In this document: positions 39,143-48,173 of the stretch, piece by piece | Position numbering within the stretch: position 1 is the stretch's first letter | Layout of the letters: each line of letters opens with the position of its first letter | DNA from: a virus | Taxonomy: Duplodnaviria; Caudoviricetes | Virus record (IMG/VR): IMGVR_UViG_3300028809_000014 | Coordinates: 1-61,241 of that record | Strand: one strand, 5' to 3' | Length of the DNA stretch: 61,241 nt | Position numbers and translations under genes: made by a program | Notes under the pieces: model-generated | The model's database searches: none | The model's input: the letters and a program-made list of their open reading frames with translations, nothing else | Told to the model about the DNA's origin: nothing

Positions 39143-39257
39143 CTTCTGTGCCACGGCCGCGCCGATCTTCATCAGCAAGGCCGACGTGATCTCGGATCGA
39201 ACGGCTCGCCGGATCTTGGAACACAACCTCTCCGGTCGAAAGCTCTGCGGTTGGTAG
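39045..39257 (+). CDS. Outer-membrane spanin lipoprotein (Rz1-like)
   Basis: RBS AGGAG; lipobox VTGC; overlaps i-spanin in another frame; DFC...PI, ILEHN...LCGW. Confidence 0.78.
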   Translation: MQGVKSISCLTVALLMSFVVTGCETTPPIRHPDFCATAAPIFISKADVISDRTARRILEHNLSGRKLCGW

Positions 39258-39275
39258 GATCTAACCGCCAAAAGG

Positions 39276-39299
39276 AAAGCCCGCTTAGGCGGGCTTTTT
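39276..39299. terminator. Bidirectional terminator between converging arms
   Basis: AAAGCCCGC-TTAG-GCGGGCTTTTT. Confidence 0.8.
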
Positions 39300-39321
39300 C
39301 ACGTGTGAAGCTACCTACCCC

Positions 39322-39675
39322 TTAGTCATCTGCGTAAAGGCGCCCTGCGGTCGATCCGATTGGCTTCGCCAAGGCCAGATCACCCATGGCTCTAGCCAAC
39401 CTAGCGCGACAGTGGCGAACATAGGCCTTCTTTCGTTCGACGTAGGCGGCCATGGCTTCCTCGGCGGTCGGATGCGCGTAGCGCTTGCGTGACGAGTTCG
39501 ACACCCAACGGCGTTCTCCCCAGCCATCGATCCAGAAGCCGCACTTGGTCACCTTGGTCACGGCGAAGCGGAGCAATTGCAATTCAGGGGCGCTCACGCC
39601 ATATCGGTCGGCGTCAGCGTCGATGACCACGGAGTAGCGTTTAGCCTCGTAGCGGTAGAGGACTTGATCGGTCAC
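39322..39675 (-). CDS. Hypothetical phage protein
   Basis: RBS AGGAG and GTG; KVTKCGFWI..RWV....KRYAHPT.EEA. Confidence 0.65.
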   Translation of the reverse strand: MTDQVLYRYEAKRYSVVIDADADRYGVSAPELQLLRFAVTKVTKCGFWIDGWGERRWVSNSSRKRYAHPTAEEAMAAYVERKKAYVRHCRARLARAMGDLALAKPIGSTAGRLYADD

Positions 39676-39962
39676 AGCGACTCCTTTTGAGCCTTGGCCG
39701 ATCTGACCACGCTCTGGCCCTTGCTGGTGATGTATACCTCGCCGTACCCGACATCGGTGTAGCGGATCTTGACGTAGTTCTCGGCCGCGAGCTTCTGGCA
39801 ATAGCCCGCGCCAGATCTCGTGGCCTGTTGCGACCATAGGCCGCGTGTACCTGTGCGGTGGCCGGCCAGGAAACGTTGAGCGATAGCGCCGACCATACAG
39901 CCGGGGTGCGAGGCGATGAACTCCAGCACCTCCAGGCGCTTGGGTGTGAGGTTGAAGGTCAT
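39672..39962 (-). CDS. Winged-helix protein
   Basis: LTPKRLEVLEFI..HPG....IA ... YITSKG. Confidence 0.55.
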   Translation of the reverse strand: MTFNLTPKRLEVLEFIASHPGCMVGAIAQRFLAGHRTGTRGLWSQQATRSGAGYCQKLAAENYVKIRYTDVGYGEVYITSKGQSVVRSAKAQKESL

Positions 39963-40588
39963 GGCGTCACCGGGGCCGAGAACCACGTGCGCAGTGCGTT
40001 GCTGCAAATGTTCGCGATCTCGCTCTTCGTTGCCGCGCGCGGCTCGGCCGAGACGAAGCCGGCTTTCGGTTTGAAGTAGACATGCGCGAGATCCTCGCCG
40101 ACACGCTTGCGCTTGACCAGGGTCACGGTGCCGCGCCGGCAATCGGTCCAGTGAATCTCATCGGCCGCTTGCTCGTAGGTCTCGCCTTCGGTGTATTCGG
40201 TACAGCCGTCCGGTGCGTCGAGGCCTGTCTTGCAGGTTATCCAGGCCTGCTCGTCGTGCAGCGACTTGAGACCTTCGCCCGGCTTGATGGTGCGCTTGGT
40301 CATGAGCACGGGGTAAAGACCTTCGGTCGTGTTACTGACCTCCTTGTACTTCCAGTTGATCAGCGAACCCGCGACGATCAGCGACTTGAAGTGCCACGGA
40401 TGGTCGTGGATCTCCGACACGCCTTTGACCTTGTAGCGGTCGTCCCAAACGTGCAGGCGGATGTCGTCCGTCAGGTAGGTGCGCAGCATGCCGAAGCCCT
40501 GCAACGTCCAGTCGTAGGCGTGCGGGGCCGACAGGATCTTGTGGACCAACGCCTTGGTTGGATCGAAGTCGATGTTGAACTCTTTCAC
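39959..40588 (-). CDS. Cupin-fold (double-stranded beta-helix) protein
   Basis: RLHVW...IHDHPW.F.S.IVAG ... IHW; RBS AGGAG and GTG. Confidence 0.6.
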   Translation of the reverse strand: MKEFNIDFDPTKALVHKILSAPHAYDWTLQGFGMLRTYLTDDIRLHVWDDRYKVKGVSEIHDHPWHFKSLIVAGSLINWKYKEVSNTTEGLYPVLMTKRTIKPGEGLKSLHDEQAWITCKTGLDAPDGCTEYTEGETYEQAADEIHWTDCRRGTVTLVKRKRVGEDLAHVYFKPKAGFVSAEPRAATKSEIANICSNALRTWFSAPVTP

Positions 40589-40598
40589 CGTTTTCTCC

Positions 40599-40997
40599 TT
40601 AGAAACAAAACCAGCCAGGGCACTTGGTGCACTTAATCCCACCGCCGCGTTGCGCGACAACGTTGTGTTTGCAGTTCGGATCTGCATCCCACAGCTCTTC
40701 GTCTTCTTCAAGCATCTCGTCGAACGTCTTTTCGACTTCGGCGACGAACGCAGAAGGCGCCGGACGTTTACACATGAAGCGGCCGGGCATTCCAGCGCTT
40801 GGCGGCGCGAAGTGACCATCGCCAGTCAGGATCTCGCCGCAGTTCATGCATTCACGAACGCCCTGAAGACGATATTCGATGGGGATCTCTTGACCCTTGC
40901 CGACCGCAGCCCGAACCTCTTCTCCGAAGCGCATCATTCTGACCTGCCGCAGCTTCCATGCGTTGTGCCTGTTGGCGTCGCGTTGTTTTCGGTTCAT
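40599..40997 (-). CDS. Cys-rich hypothetical protein
   Basis: CMNC..H..C and LWDADPNCKH...GIKCTKCPGWFC; RBS GGAG. Confidence 0.62.
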   Translation of the reverse strand: MNRKQRDANRHNAWKLRQVRMMRFGEEVRAAVGKGQEIPIEYRLQGVRECMNCGEILTGDGHFAPPSAGMPGRFMCKRPAPSAFVAEVEKTFDEMLEEDEELWDADPNCKHNVVAQRGGGIKCTKCPGWFCF

Positions 40998-41524
40998 CGT
41001 CCGCTCCTTCCACGCGTGCGCCATGAGGGGCCCTGTTGACGTTCCAACGACGCGAAGGCTTTCTTGGCCCGCTCGATTGCGTCGTCCATGTTGTTGACCG
41101 CCATGCGGGCACGAGCCATAGCGGCCGTCTCGGCGCCGAGCGAGGTCTTGTTCGGCTCGCAGTCGTAATGATTGCCGGTGGGGCCATAGCGCGGCTGGCC
41201 GTCGAGCACGGGCTTCTTGCAGATCTCGCACACATGCGCGGCCGGTTTAGCTGCACGCACTCGATCAATGCGGTCCTGCGCGACCTCGCCGACTTGCCCT
41301 GAGCCCTCGAACGTCGGGGCCGTGATGTCGCACACCCGCTCGATGTTCTTCATCATGTCCTCGGCGTCGGCGATGCAACCGCAGACGGCCCAGGCGTGGA
41401 TCTCGTCCGTGATCGATCGGAGGCGCAGGATCTCTTCGGCCATGGCGCGCACGACCAGAGGTGGGAGTGGCTCCGTGGTCGAGACTGCGTGCAAGATTGC
41501 TCGACCGATGTCTGCGCGGTTCAT
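40994..41524 (-). CDS. Hypothetical protein with CxxC...HxxC
   Basis: CEIC...HYDC; ATGA overlaps with neighbours. Confidence 0.55.
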   Translation of the reverse strand: MNRADIGRAILHAVSTTEPLPPLVVRAMAEEILRLRSITDEIHAWAVCGCIADAEDMMKNIERVCDITAPTFEGSGQVGEVAQDRIDRVRAAKPAAHVCEICKKPVLDGQPRYGPTGNHYDCEPNKTSLGAETAAMARARMAVNNMDDAIERAKKAFASLERQQGPSWRTRGRSGR

Positions 41525-41817
41525 GCGTGATCTCCGAAGAGGCCTTGAAGGAAACGGAATAACAACGACGGCGTGCGTTCGTTGAGTCGGTTGCGCCCAC
41601 GGTGAGTGATGTAGAACCGATAGCGGTAGACCTTGGTGTTGGGGATGGATTCTCTGGTGAACTCGACGCAATGCCAGTCAACCATGTCGAAGGTACGCGA
41701 GTAGACAAACGGGCGCCACTGGCCGGTCTTTTCCGCGATCTCATTGCCGAACAGTGGGCCGTGATCGCGCAGCGCTTCAAGAATTGCGAATTGCTTGTGG
41801 GTGAAGAAGCCATTCAT
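41521..41817 (-). CDS. PadR-like winged-helix protein
   Basis: ILEALRDHGPLFGNEI...RFYITHRGR. Confidence 0.55.
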   Translation of the reverse strand: MNGFFTHKQFAILEALRDHGPLFGNEIAEKTGQWRPFVYSRTFDMVDWHCVEFTRESIPNTKVYRYRFYITHRGRNRLNERTPSLLFRFLQGLFGDHA

Positions 41818-42197
41818 TTCGAGATCCTTTCGACAGCAGCGGCACGCAGTGTGTCGAGCGCTCCTTTCTCACGACCGCAATATTTGCAGCGTGGCGTGCC
41901 GAAGCCGCGCCGTTCAAAGACGCAAAACACGTCCTGCTCGGCCATGCAGTAACTGGCGAGCTTTTGATCCATGTCCTCCATCTCTTCGAGGTTTCTTTCG
42001 ACAGATTCACGCTGCTCTGCGACTTCGGATCGCATGCCGTTGATCATGTTCGCGACCTCGGTGGCGCCCTGCTTGCGGCCGTCCTCGTGACCACGGGCGT
42101 AGCCGTGCTTGCAGCCCAGGCGGTAGCTGATCGCTTGACCGAAAAACATGACGACGATGCAGGCCATCGTTGGCCAGAAGTATTCAGTGACTTCCAT
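41814..42197 (-). CDS. Membrane-anchored hypothetical protein
   Basis: N-terminal TM, G...G...G repeat, CKYC. Confidence 0.55.
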   Translation of the reverse strand: MEVTEYFWPTMACIVVMFFGQAISYRLGCKHGYARGHEDGRKQGATEVANMINGMRSEVAEQRESVERNLEEMEDMDQKLASYCMAEQDVFCVFERRGFGTPRCKYCGREKGALDTLRAAAVERISK

Positions 42198-42450
42198 TTG
42201 CAAGCTCCATTTGGTTGAAGGATTCGATCTCGACAATACGCTTGGCCTCGCACTTGGCGCGGTATTCAGCGTCCTTTCGCGCCCAGTGGGCTTCACGAAG
42301 CATCCGTGCGAACGGTTCGTTGTTCATGCGATTGACCGCGTTACACGCCTCGATCTTCAACGCCCGATAGATGCCCGTGTTTTCCTTTCGAGTCATCCTT
42401 CGATTGAGTACGCGCCAGTAGCCGTCGCGAAAGAAGATGTGCGGGATCAT
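42184..42450 (-). CDS. Hypothetical protein
   Basis: Coupled ORF; PHIFFRDGYWRV. Confidence 0.55.
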   Translation of the reverse strand: MIPHIFFRDGYWRVLNRRMTRKENTGIYRALKIEACNAVNRMNNEPFARMLREAHWARKDAEYRAKCEAKRIVEIESFNQMELANGSH

Positions 42451-42983
42451 GGCTGCTCGTCCTCGTCCATACGGGCCAGCGTCTCCCAGGTGTTTTCGAC
42501 CCGCTCGATGACCGCCTGTTTTCTGAACGCCAGCCAGGGCATCTCCATGATCTCGTTGCGCAGGTCAGCCAGGGCACGGTAGCGGCGGTTCGCGGCGCCG
42601 GCCTGTGTAGCGCGCTCGCGGATGCACGGAACGGCCATGGCTGCAAGCATCGGCGCCTTGCTGTCGTTGCTGCCCCTGGTCGTGATGTTGCGCACACCGT
42701 TGGTCGGTACGTCGGCCGGACGCCAGATGTGCCCGCAGTTGTGGCACAGGTGCGAGCGGTGCGGCGGGTTGGTCCATGCAATATCGGTCTCTTTCCAATC
42801 CGCGCCATCTTCGGGCATGTCGGGGCGGTCAAGGTGCTGCTGACCGCAGTTCGGGCAGAACAAGATCATGTTGATCGGGTCTTGCGCGTGGTCGGGGCGG
42901 CTCACGATGCGCATCAGGATGCCGATGATCACGAGCACAGGCACGGCGATCACCAGAAGAACGTCGGAATCGAAGTCAGCCAT
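42447..42983 (-). CDS. Zinc-finger protein with N-terminal TM
   Basis: LFCPNCGQQH.D...WTNPPHRSHLC..CGHIWRP. Confidence 0.62.
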   Translation of the reverse strand: MADFDSDVLLVIAVPVLVIIGILMRIVSRPDHAQDPINMILFCPNCGQQHLDRPDMPEDGADWKETDIAWTNPPHRSHLCHNCGHIWRPADVPTNGVRNITTRGSNDSKAPMLAAMAVPCIRERATQAGAANRRYRALADLRNEIMEMPWLAFRKQAVIERVENTWETLARMDEDEQP

Positions 42984-43318
42984 TAGATGTTCCTTCCGAT
43001 GCGATCCATCGCTTTTTCGAGTTCGGTAATACCGCTCTCGATGTTGAACAACACGCTCTCGCCGACCGACTCACGGATGCCCGCGAGGTGCTCGATGATC
43101 ACGGTCATGTCGGCCGACCGTTTGCACGTCTCAGCCTCGATCAGCTTGCGCAGGGTGTCGGCCGATTGCGACGACTCGATGGTGCTACCGTCGCCCAGGC
43201 GCACGAAGCTGGCAACGCCACGATACGCAGAGGCACCCAGTGCTACCGTGATGGCCTTGATGTCGTCAGCCGCAACGATGGCGACGAGACCGTTCAGAGG
43301 TGCGTAGATCTCGATCAT
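42983..43318 (-). CDS. Hypothetical protein
   Basis: Coupled ORF in leftward operon. Confidence 0.55.
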   Translation of the reverse strand: MIEIYAPLNGLVAIVAADDIKAITVALGASAYRGVASFVRLGDGSTIESSQSADTLRKLIEAETCKRSADMTVIIEHLAGIRESVGESVLFNIESGITELEKAMDRIGRNI

Positions 43319-43320
43319 GG

Positions 43321-43824
43321 TCAGGCCTTCCGCGTGCGCCGGATGTTGTCCGACCAGAGGTATTCGCCGTCTTCGATACGCGTCACGTGGACGCCGAGAG
43401 GCACGTCCGGCGTGAACTCGGGGATGCGAACCATCTTCGTCAACGCGTTGAAGTCTTTCACGTCACTCACGCCGGGCACGTTGACGTTGAGAACCGGACG
43501 CACGCCATCGTGCCAACGTTCTGTGTCGGCATGCGTCTCGACCGGCTGACGCACCACGGCGCGCACGTCCGGCACCATCAGGTAGGCGCCCATGCGTGGC
43601 GGGAAGCCCGACACGAGGCGGATCGTGACCACTTCGTCGCGGGCAAGTGCGAGGTTGATCACGGCTTGCACGCATTCGAGCGTGGTCTTCATTTGGCTTT
43701 CGGCGTAGAGCCCGAGCGCGTCTTTGATGGCATCAGAGATCATCGCGTTGTCCACGACCCCGTTTTCGTCGGGGAAGACGCAGGCAGCAATGCACGCGTC
43801 AATCTGGTCTTGGGTCAGCAACAT
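43321..43824 (-). CDS. Hypothetical protein
   Basis: RBS GAGGA; packed operon. Confidence 0.55.
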   Translation of the reverse strand: MLLTQDQIDACIAACVFPDENGVVDNAMISDAIKDALGLYAESQMKTTLECVQAVINLALARDEVVTIRLVSGFPPRMGAYLMVPDVRAVVRQPVETHADTERWHDGVRPVLNVNVPGVSDVKDFNALTKMVRIPEFTPDVPLGVHVTRIEDGEYLWSDNIRRTRKA

Positions 43825-43833
43825 GGTGTTTCC

Positions 43834-44037
43834 TCAGTAAATGATCTTGGTATCGCGGCACGTCATGATGAACGTGAGTTGCGGGGCCTTGCCCGTTATG
43901 CGATGACGGATTGACGCGGGATCACAGCGCGTCACGAATGCGTTGAAGTCTCGATGAGCTTGCGTTTCATTGGTGTCGCCGCAAGCAGCGAGCACGACCA
44001 CGCAGACCAGAACGAGCACACGCTTGACTGTCAACAT
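43834..44037 (-). CDS. Small lipoprotein
   Basis: KR + hydrophobic signal + lipobox LAAC; RBS AGGAG. Confidence 0.65.
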   Translation of the reverse strand: MLTVKRVLVLVCVVVLAACGDTNETQAHRDFNAFVTRCDPASIRHRITGKAPQLTFIMTCRDTKIIY

Positions 44038-44053
44038 GGTCGTGCTCCTTTCG

Positions 44054-44284
44054 TCAGAACGAGTCGTCGTCGGCCGGAAGCTCTTCTTCCAGGGCTTCGG
44101 CGATCAGGTTGAGCGCGGCGGCCAGGGCGCGGGCGATGGCGGGCACGTCGGACTCCAGCCAGAAGACGCCGTTGCGCTTGCCATCGGGGCGCGCGGCAGG
44201 GCTGAAGCCCATCTCCTTGATCCGGTCAACGCTCAGTTCGACCTCCAGCTTCTTGCAGAGGTCCGTGGTGGAAATAGCGGCCAT
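44054..44284 (-). CDS. Small acidic-tailed hypothetical protein
   Basis: RBS AAGG and ATG 44284; ends DDDSF. Confidence 0.6.
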   Translation of the reverse strand: MAAISTTDLCKKLEVELSVDRIKEMGFSPAARPDGKRNGVFWLESDVPAIARALAAALNLIAEALEEELPADDDSF

Positions 44285-44318
44285 GGTTGTTTTGCCTTTC
44301 AGTAGCGGGGTTGGTTGA

Positions 44319-44936
44319 TCAGAGGTCGTCGCTTGTGGGGCCGGGGTCGTTCCATTCGATGCCGGGGTTGGCACCTTTGGTACGCCAGCCGTGTTTGCCT
44401 TCGGAGCCGAACGGATCTGCGCCGGGGTTGTCGGCGTAACGGTCGGTCGAGCCGAAGCCGCCCGTGCCGCGTGCGGTCGTGCCGAGTTCATCGACGACCT
44501 CGAACTGCACGCGGGGAATCGGGATGATCATGGCCTGGGCAATGCGGTCGCCGGGCTTGACGGTGAAGTGTTTAGCGTTCGTGTCGGCCGTCAGCTTGAC
44601 CATGATCTCACCACGATAGTCAGAGTCGATGATGCCGACGCAGTTGGCGAGCCGCACGTCGCTCTTGAAGCCGTGGCCGCTGCGCGAGAAGATCTGCATG
44701 ACCCAGCCGGGCGGGATCTCAACAGCGAGGCCAGTGCGGAAAACGCCAACATCGTCAGCCCACATGGAGCTTTGTGCCCAGGTGTTGTCTTCGTCCCAGT
44801 CTGCCGGCGCAACGGCGTGCAGGTCAAAGCATGCGGCCTGGAGCGACTGGTAATCGGGCACGATGGCCGCCTCGTGGAGCTTCTTCAGCTTGACGACGAG
44901 CGGGTCAGCCATGCAGGTGCGAAAGGTATTGGTCAT
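44319..44936 (-). CDS. dut: dUTPase (trimeric)
   Basis: AACFDL, RSG, GIIDSDYRGE, GDRIAQ, RGTGGFGST; C-terminal extension. Confidence 0.9.
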   Translation of the reverse strand: MTNTFRTCMADPLVVKLKKLHEAAIVPDYQSLQAACFDLHAVAPADWDEDNTWAQSSMWADDVGVFRTGLAVEIPPGWVMQIFSRSGHGFKSDVRLANCVGIIDSDYRGEIMVKLTADTNAKHFTVKPGDRIAQAMIIPIPRVQFEVVDELGTTARGTGGFGSTDRYADNPGADPFGSEGKHGWRTKGANPGIEWNDPGPTSDDL

Positions 44937-45331
44937 GGTGCGACTTTCAGGTTGATGTCGGGAACGATTGCGGCGGGCTTGAACACGACCACGTAGTGAT
45001 ACGTGCCAACCTTGGCCGGTTCGAGTTGTTCGATGAAGTACGTCACGTTGTCGGACAGCCCGAGGAAGTGCTTCTTGTACGCGCCAGGGCCGACCTTGCA
45101 AGTGATCGAGACCTTTTTCGGGCTGTCGTCATTGCCTCGACTGCAAAGCCCTTCGATGCTGAGCATGTAGTCACCCGTGATGCCGTTGTAAAAGACGACG
45201 CGGCGATTGATCTCGAAGTTGTCGGCGGCTTGTGAGAGGTTGCGCGAGGCAACGTCGGCGTCGGAAGAACAGGCGCCAAGGCCGATGGCGGCAAGGAGTG
45301 TGATGAGGGTTGTCTTTATCATGATGCTCAC
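44933..45331 (-). CDS. Conserved phage lipoprotein
   Basis: Lipobox LGAC; ADVASRNLS.AADNFEINRRVVFYNGITG. Confidence 0.75.
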   Translation of the reverse strand: MSIMIKTTLITLLAAIGLGACSSDADVASRNLSQAADNFEINRRVVFYNGITGDYMLSIEGLCSRGNDDSPKKVSITCKVGPGAYKKHFLGLSDNVTYFIEQLEPAKVGTYHYVVVFKPAAIVPDINLKVAP

Positions 45332-45684
45332 AGCGATGAAGGTTGAGGGGCAGGTGATGGCGGCATGCGCCCATAGCCGGGAGGGCGTTGAGGCATGACA
45401 TATCCGCCCGAGGCTAACTTCTTGGCAGCAGGCTCGGGCAACTTCACGCCGTCGGCCTGTAGACGCGCAATGCGCTTCTTGTGCATGGCGGCCGAAGCGG
45501 CGAAGTGCTCGCTCCAGGCCGTGTCCTCGACGAGCTTCAGCATCGACTCGGCGAGTTGCTGTTGGGCCACGGTCTCGGCCGTCGGTGCCTTCGCGTGGCC
45601 CCAGCGGCGCGCGAGGTGCGCCAGGATGAAGGCCAACACGACGAAGATGCCGAAGCCGATCACGGCTTGGATGTTGTTAGACAT
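45328..45684 (-). CDS. Membrane-anchored hypothetical protein
   Basis: N-terminal TM; Pro-rich tail. Confidence 0.58.
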   Translation of the reverse strand: MSNNIQAVIGFGIFVVLAFILAHLARRWGHAKAPTAETVAQQQLAESMLKLVEDTAWSEHFAASAAMHKKRIARLQADGVKLPEPAAKKLASGGYVMPQRPPGYGRMPPSPAPQPSSL

Positions 45685-46462
45685 CGACGCCTGCTCCTAC
45701 CTTGTCGTTAAGTAGCACATGAAAGACCTTCGTCAACGCCTGCACCGAGGCTTCGGGCACGTGGCACAGACGATCACTGTTGATCGCAAAAAGTGCGACG
45801 ATTTTCTTGGTCGCATCAACGCCGAACATGCTTCTGTAGTCAGTCGCGGCTTCGTTCATATCGGCCCGCGTGAACTCGGACGGCGCCACGGCTTTCTCGG
45901 GGATGACGTATTCGCCCTTGTCGCCGACGACACCGGGAATCGGCGCGGCCGAAGCGATCCCGCCCGTGGCATAGCTCACGTTGCTGGCGAACTTGGTGTT
46001 CTCGATCTCGTTCAGGTAGGTCACGATGCCGGCGAGGTAGTTGATGCCGCCCAGCATCTCGTTCACGCGGGCCTCGTGCGTCGGCAGGTTGATGCCTTCG
46101 GTGATCTTCTTGACGGCCTGGAAGACCATGCCGAGCGGCGAGTTGATCATCTGGCTGATCGACTGCATGCGCTGCTTGTGGAACGGGATGTCGCCGCCCA
46201 GGTTGTGGCGGGCGTGACCTTTGCCGCTGGCCGCTTGCTTGTAGGCCGAGATCAGCACGTGTTCGAGCTTTTCGTAGCCTTCGGTCGTTTCGGTGTCGTT
46301 GAACTTGAGGGTTTGCATGTCGAGGTACTCTCCGATGAATGCTGCAAGCAGCGGTTTGATGAATTCGGCTTCCCTGTAGCGCCGCCAATCGTTCATTTGC
46401 GCCCAGTGGGCGCGCATACTGTCGGCGGCACTCTCGTAGAAGGGTTCGTTGTCGTCTAGCAT
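45677..46462 (-). CDS. Multidomain protein, possible all-alpha NTP pyrophosphatase-like core
   Basis: AYKQAASGKG..RH, PF..Q, QAVKK..E, E.LG.INYLA; start may be the internal MQTLKF. Confidence 0.5.
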   Translation of the reverse strand: MLDDNEPFYESAADSMRAHWAQMNDWRRYREAEFIKPLLAAFIGEYLDMQTLKFNDTETTEGYEKLEHVLISAYKQAASGKGHARHNLGGDIPFHKQRMQSISQMINSPLGMVFQAVKKITEGINLPTHEARVNEMLGGINYLAGIVTYLNEIENTKFASNVSYATGGIASAAPIPGVVGDKGEYVIPEKAVAPSEFTRADMNEAATDYRSMFGVDATKKIVALFAINSDRLCHVPEASVQALTKVFHVLLNDKVGAGVDV

Positions 46463-46470
46463 TTGCAATA

Positions 46471-46803
46471 CTATACACGAGAATTTTCGTAACCGAAGTG
46501 AATTTTTTGTCGTCCAAGGAATTCGGCCCGGGTCAGTTCCACGGTCAGACCGGCAGCAATGCTGTCGCCGTTGATCGGCAAAGGCTCACCGGGCAAGGTT
46601 GCCCAGTAGTCATCGCTTTCCGGGATGTGCCAATACCGCACGCCCGGAATATCGAACTCAAGCATGCCTTCCTGCTTGATCGCTTCGATGGACGACTCAG
46701 CCTCATAAAGGCAAAGAACCGGGCGACGCCCGGCTTTAACCTCTTCGCGAATGTGTTGGCGCATGAGCGCCAGGGCCTCAGCCCGCTTGTTGGCGTATTT
46801 CAT
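46471..46803 (-). CDS. Hypothetical protein
   Basis: Fills the gap in the leftward operon. Confidence 0.55.
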   Translation of the reverse strand: MKYANKRAEALALMRQHIREEVKAGRRPVLCLYEAESSIEAIKQEGMLEFDIPGVRYWHIPESDDYWATLPGEPLPINGDSIAAGLTVELTRAEFLGRQKIHFGYENSRV

Positions 46804-46805
46804 GA

Positions 46806-47414
46806 TCAGAAGTCGTCATCGCTAGGCCCCTTTACGCTCTTCTTCAGATTCATGAAGCACGACGCAATGGCTCGGGCCTGCCACTTTGCATCGTCGAGCG
46901 CGTGATGGGCCACGGCCTTCGGATCGTTGATGCTGCCGTCACGGTGGGGGTCATAGCCGATCAAGTAGTCAGCCACGTCAACCACGGTGCGCATGTCGCG
47001 GATCGAACGGAAGTGCCATGGCTCCTTCAACCCCACCGTACCCGTGTCGTAGGCGTGCTCCAGCCACGTGATGTCGGCCGTAGCGCCGTTGCCCCACGGC
47101 TGTACCTGGCCGGGCAGCGCGCGACCCCAGGAGGTGAACTGCTGCAACGCGGTTGCGAGTGCGAGTTTCAGGCGGCCGGTGTCCTGAAAGAGTTGGCGCG
47201 CCTCGGCGTTCTGCCGCATCCACCATGCCACGGTCTCGCCGTCCACGCGCGCGTTCTTGCAGGCGCTCGCGAACTCGATCTCTTCGTAGTAGGTCTGACC
47301 CAGCTTGCCGCTGCGTCGGTCGAACGCTACGGCGCCGATGGCGATCACTGGTGCGTCCCAGCGCTTGCCCAGGCTTTCGCAGTCAACGGCCACGTCGATG
47401 TATGGGCTCTTCAT
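46806..47414 (-). CDS. DEDDh 3'-5' exonuclease (Rv2179c/DUF5051-like)
   Basis: VDCESLG, IAIGAV.F, TVAWW..Q, WGNG...D, RDMRT, HHALDDA..QA. Confidence 0.82.
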   Translation of the reverse strand: MKSPYIDVAVDCESLGKRWDAPVIAIGAVAFDRRSGKLGQTYYEEIEFASACKNARVDGETVAWWMRQNAEARQLFQDTGRLKLALATALQQFTSWGRALPGQVQPWGNGATADITWLEHAYDTGTVGLKEPWHFRSIRDMRTVVDVADYLIGYDPHRDGSINDPKAVAHHALDDAKWQARAIASCFMNLKKSVKGPSDDDF

Positions 47415-47872
47415 TTCACAATTCCTAGCGCCGCGTGAACGGCAGAGCGAGCGTACCGACGGACGTTCTCTGCGTCCGCGTCGCTCAGTTGGTTGACGGT
47501 GGTGCCATGGATGCTGAAGGCCAGTTGTTCCGTAGCCGCCGTGTAGTCGATGGCGACCGCAGGCACATCCTTCATGCCCAGGGTTTCGATGTACCTGTCA
47601 GCACCGATGCTGGCAAGGCGGCGCAGCGTGCCCTCGGCCGCGCGATAGGTCTTGTCCTGCTTGCCATGCAGGAAGGCGCTCACGTAGGCCTTCTCGATGT
47701 GCGGCAGCATCGACGCAGTGGGCGGCAAGATGTGCGGCCGGGCGATGTAGAACGGTGTGACCTCGCGGATCACCTCGTGCCCATCGGGTTTCTTGCCAAG
47801 CACACACGTCCGGTTGCCCGAGGTGTACGTGACGACCCAGCCGTCAGGCGTTGTTGCGCTCATATTGCTCAC
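47411..47872 (-). CDS. Hypothetical protein
   Basis: Coupled ORF; RBS AGGAG. Confidence 0.55.
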   Translation of the reverse strand: MSNMSATTPDGWVVTYTSGNRTCVLGKKPDGHEVIREVTPFYIARPHILPPTASMLPHIEKAYVSAFLHGKQDKTYRAAEGTLRRLASIGADRYIETLGMKDVPAVAIDYTAATEQLAFSIHGTTVNQLSDADAENVRRYARSAVHAALGIVK

Positions 47873-48173
47873 GCTCCTTGTCGGTGTAACGCCAGCGGAA
47901 GTAATGCTCGGTGCCGTAGCTCTCGGACCAGCAGGTCAGCGTGCCGTAGGCCGCCTTGATGATCACGCGACCCTCGAACAACGCCTGCCCGGTGAAGTCG
48001 TCGTTGTCGCAGATCTCGATCTTGATACCGGCCTTGGCGAGCAACTCCTTGAAACGCAACGCGAGCACAGACGGCAGATCGCGCAGCGGGTGGTAGAAGT
48101 CGTGAAGCTGCATGGCTGACATGCGGATCGTGATCTTGTGCGAGCCTTCAGAATTCGTCATCAGCAGCGACAT
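47844..48173 (-). CDS. Hypothetical protein
   Basis: RBS AAGGGAG and ATG 48173; L..AGI motif. Confidence 0.55.
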   Translation of the reverse strand: MSLLMTNSEGSHKITIRMSAMQLHDFYHPLRDLPSVLALRFKELLAKAGIKIEICDNDDFTGQALFEGRVIIKAAYGTLTCWSESYGTEHYFRWRYTDKEREQYERNNA

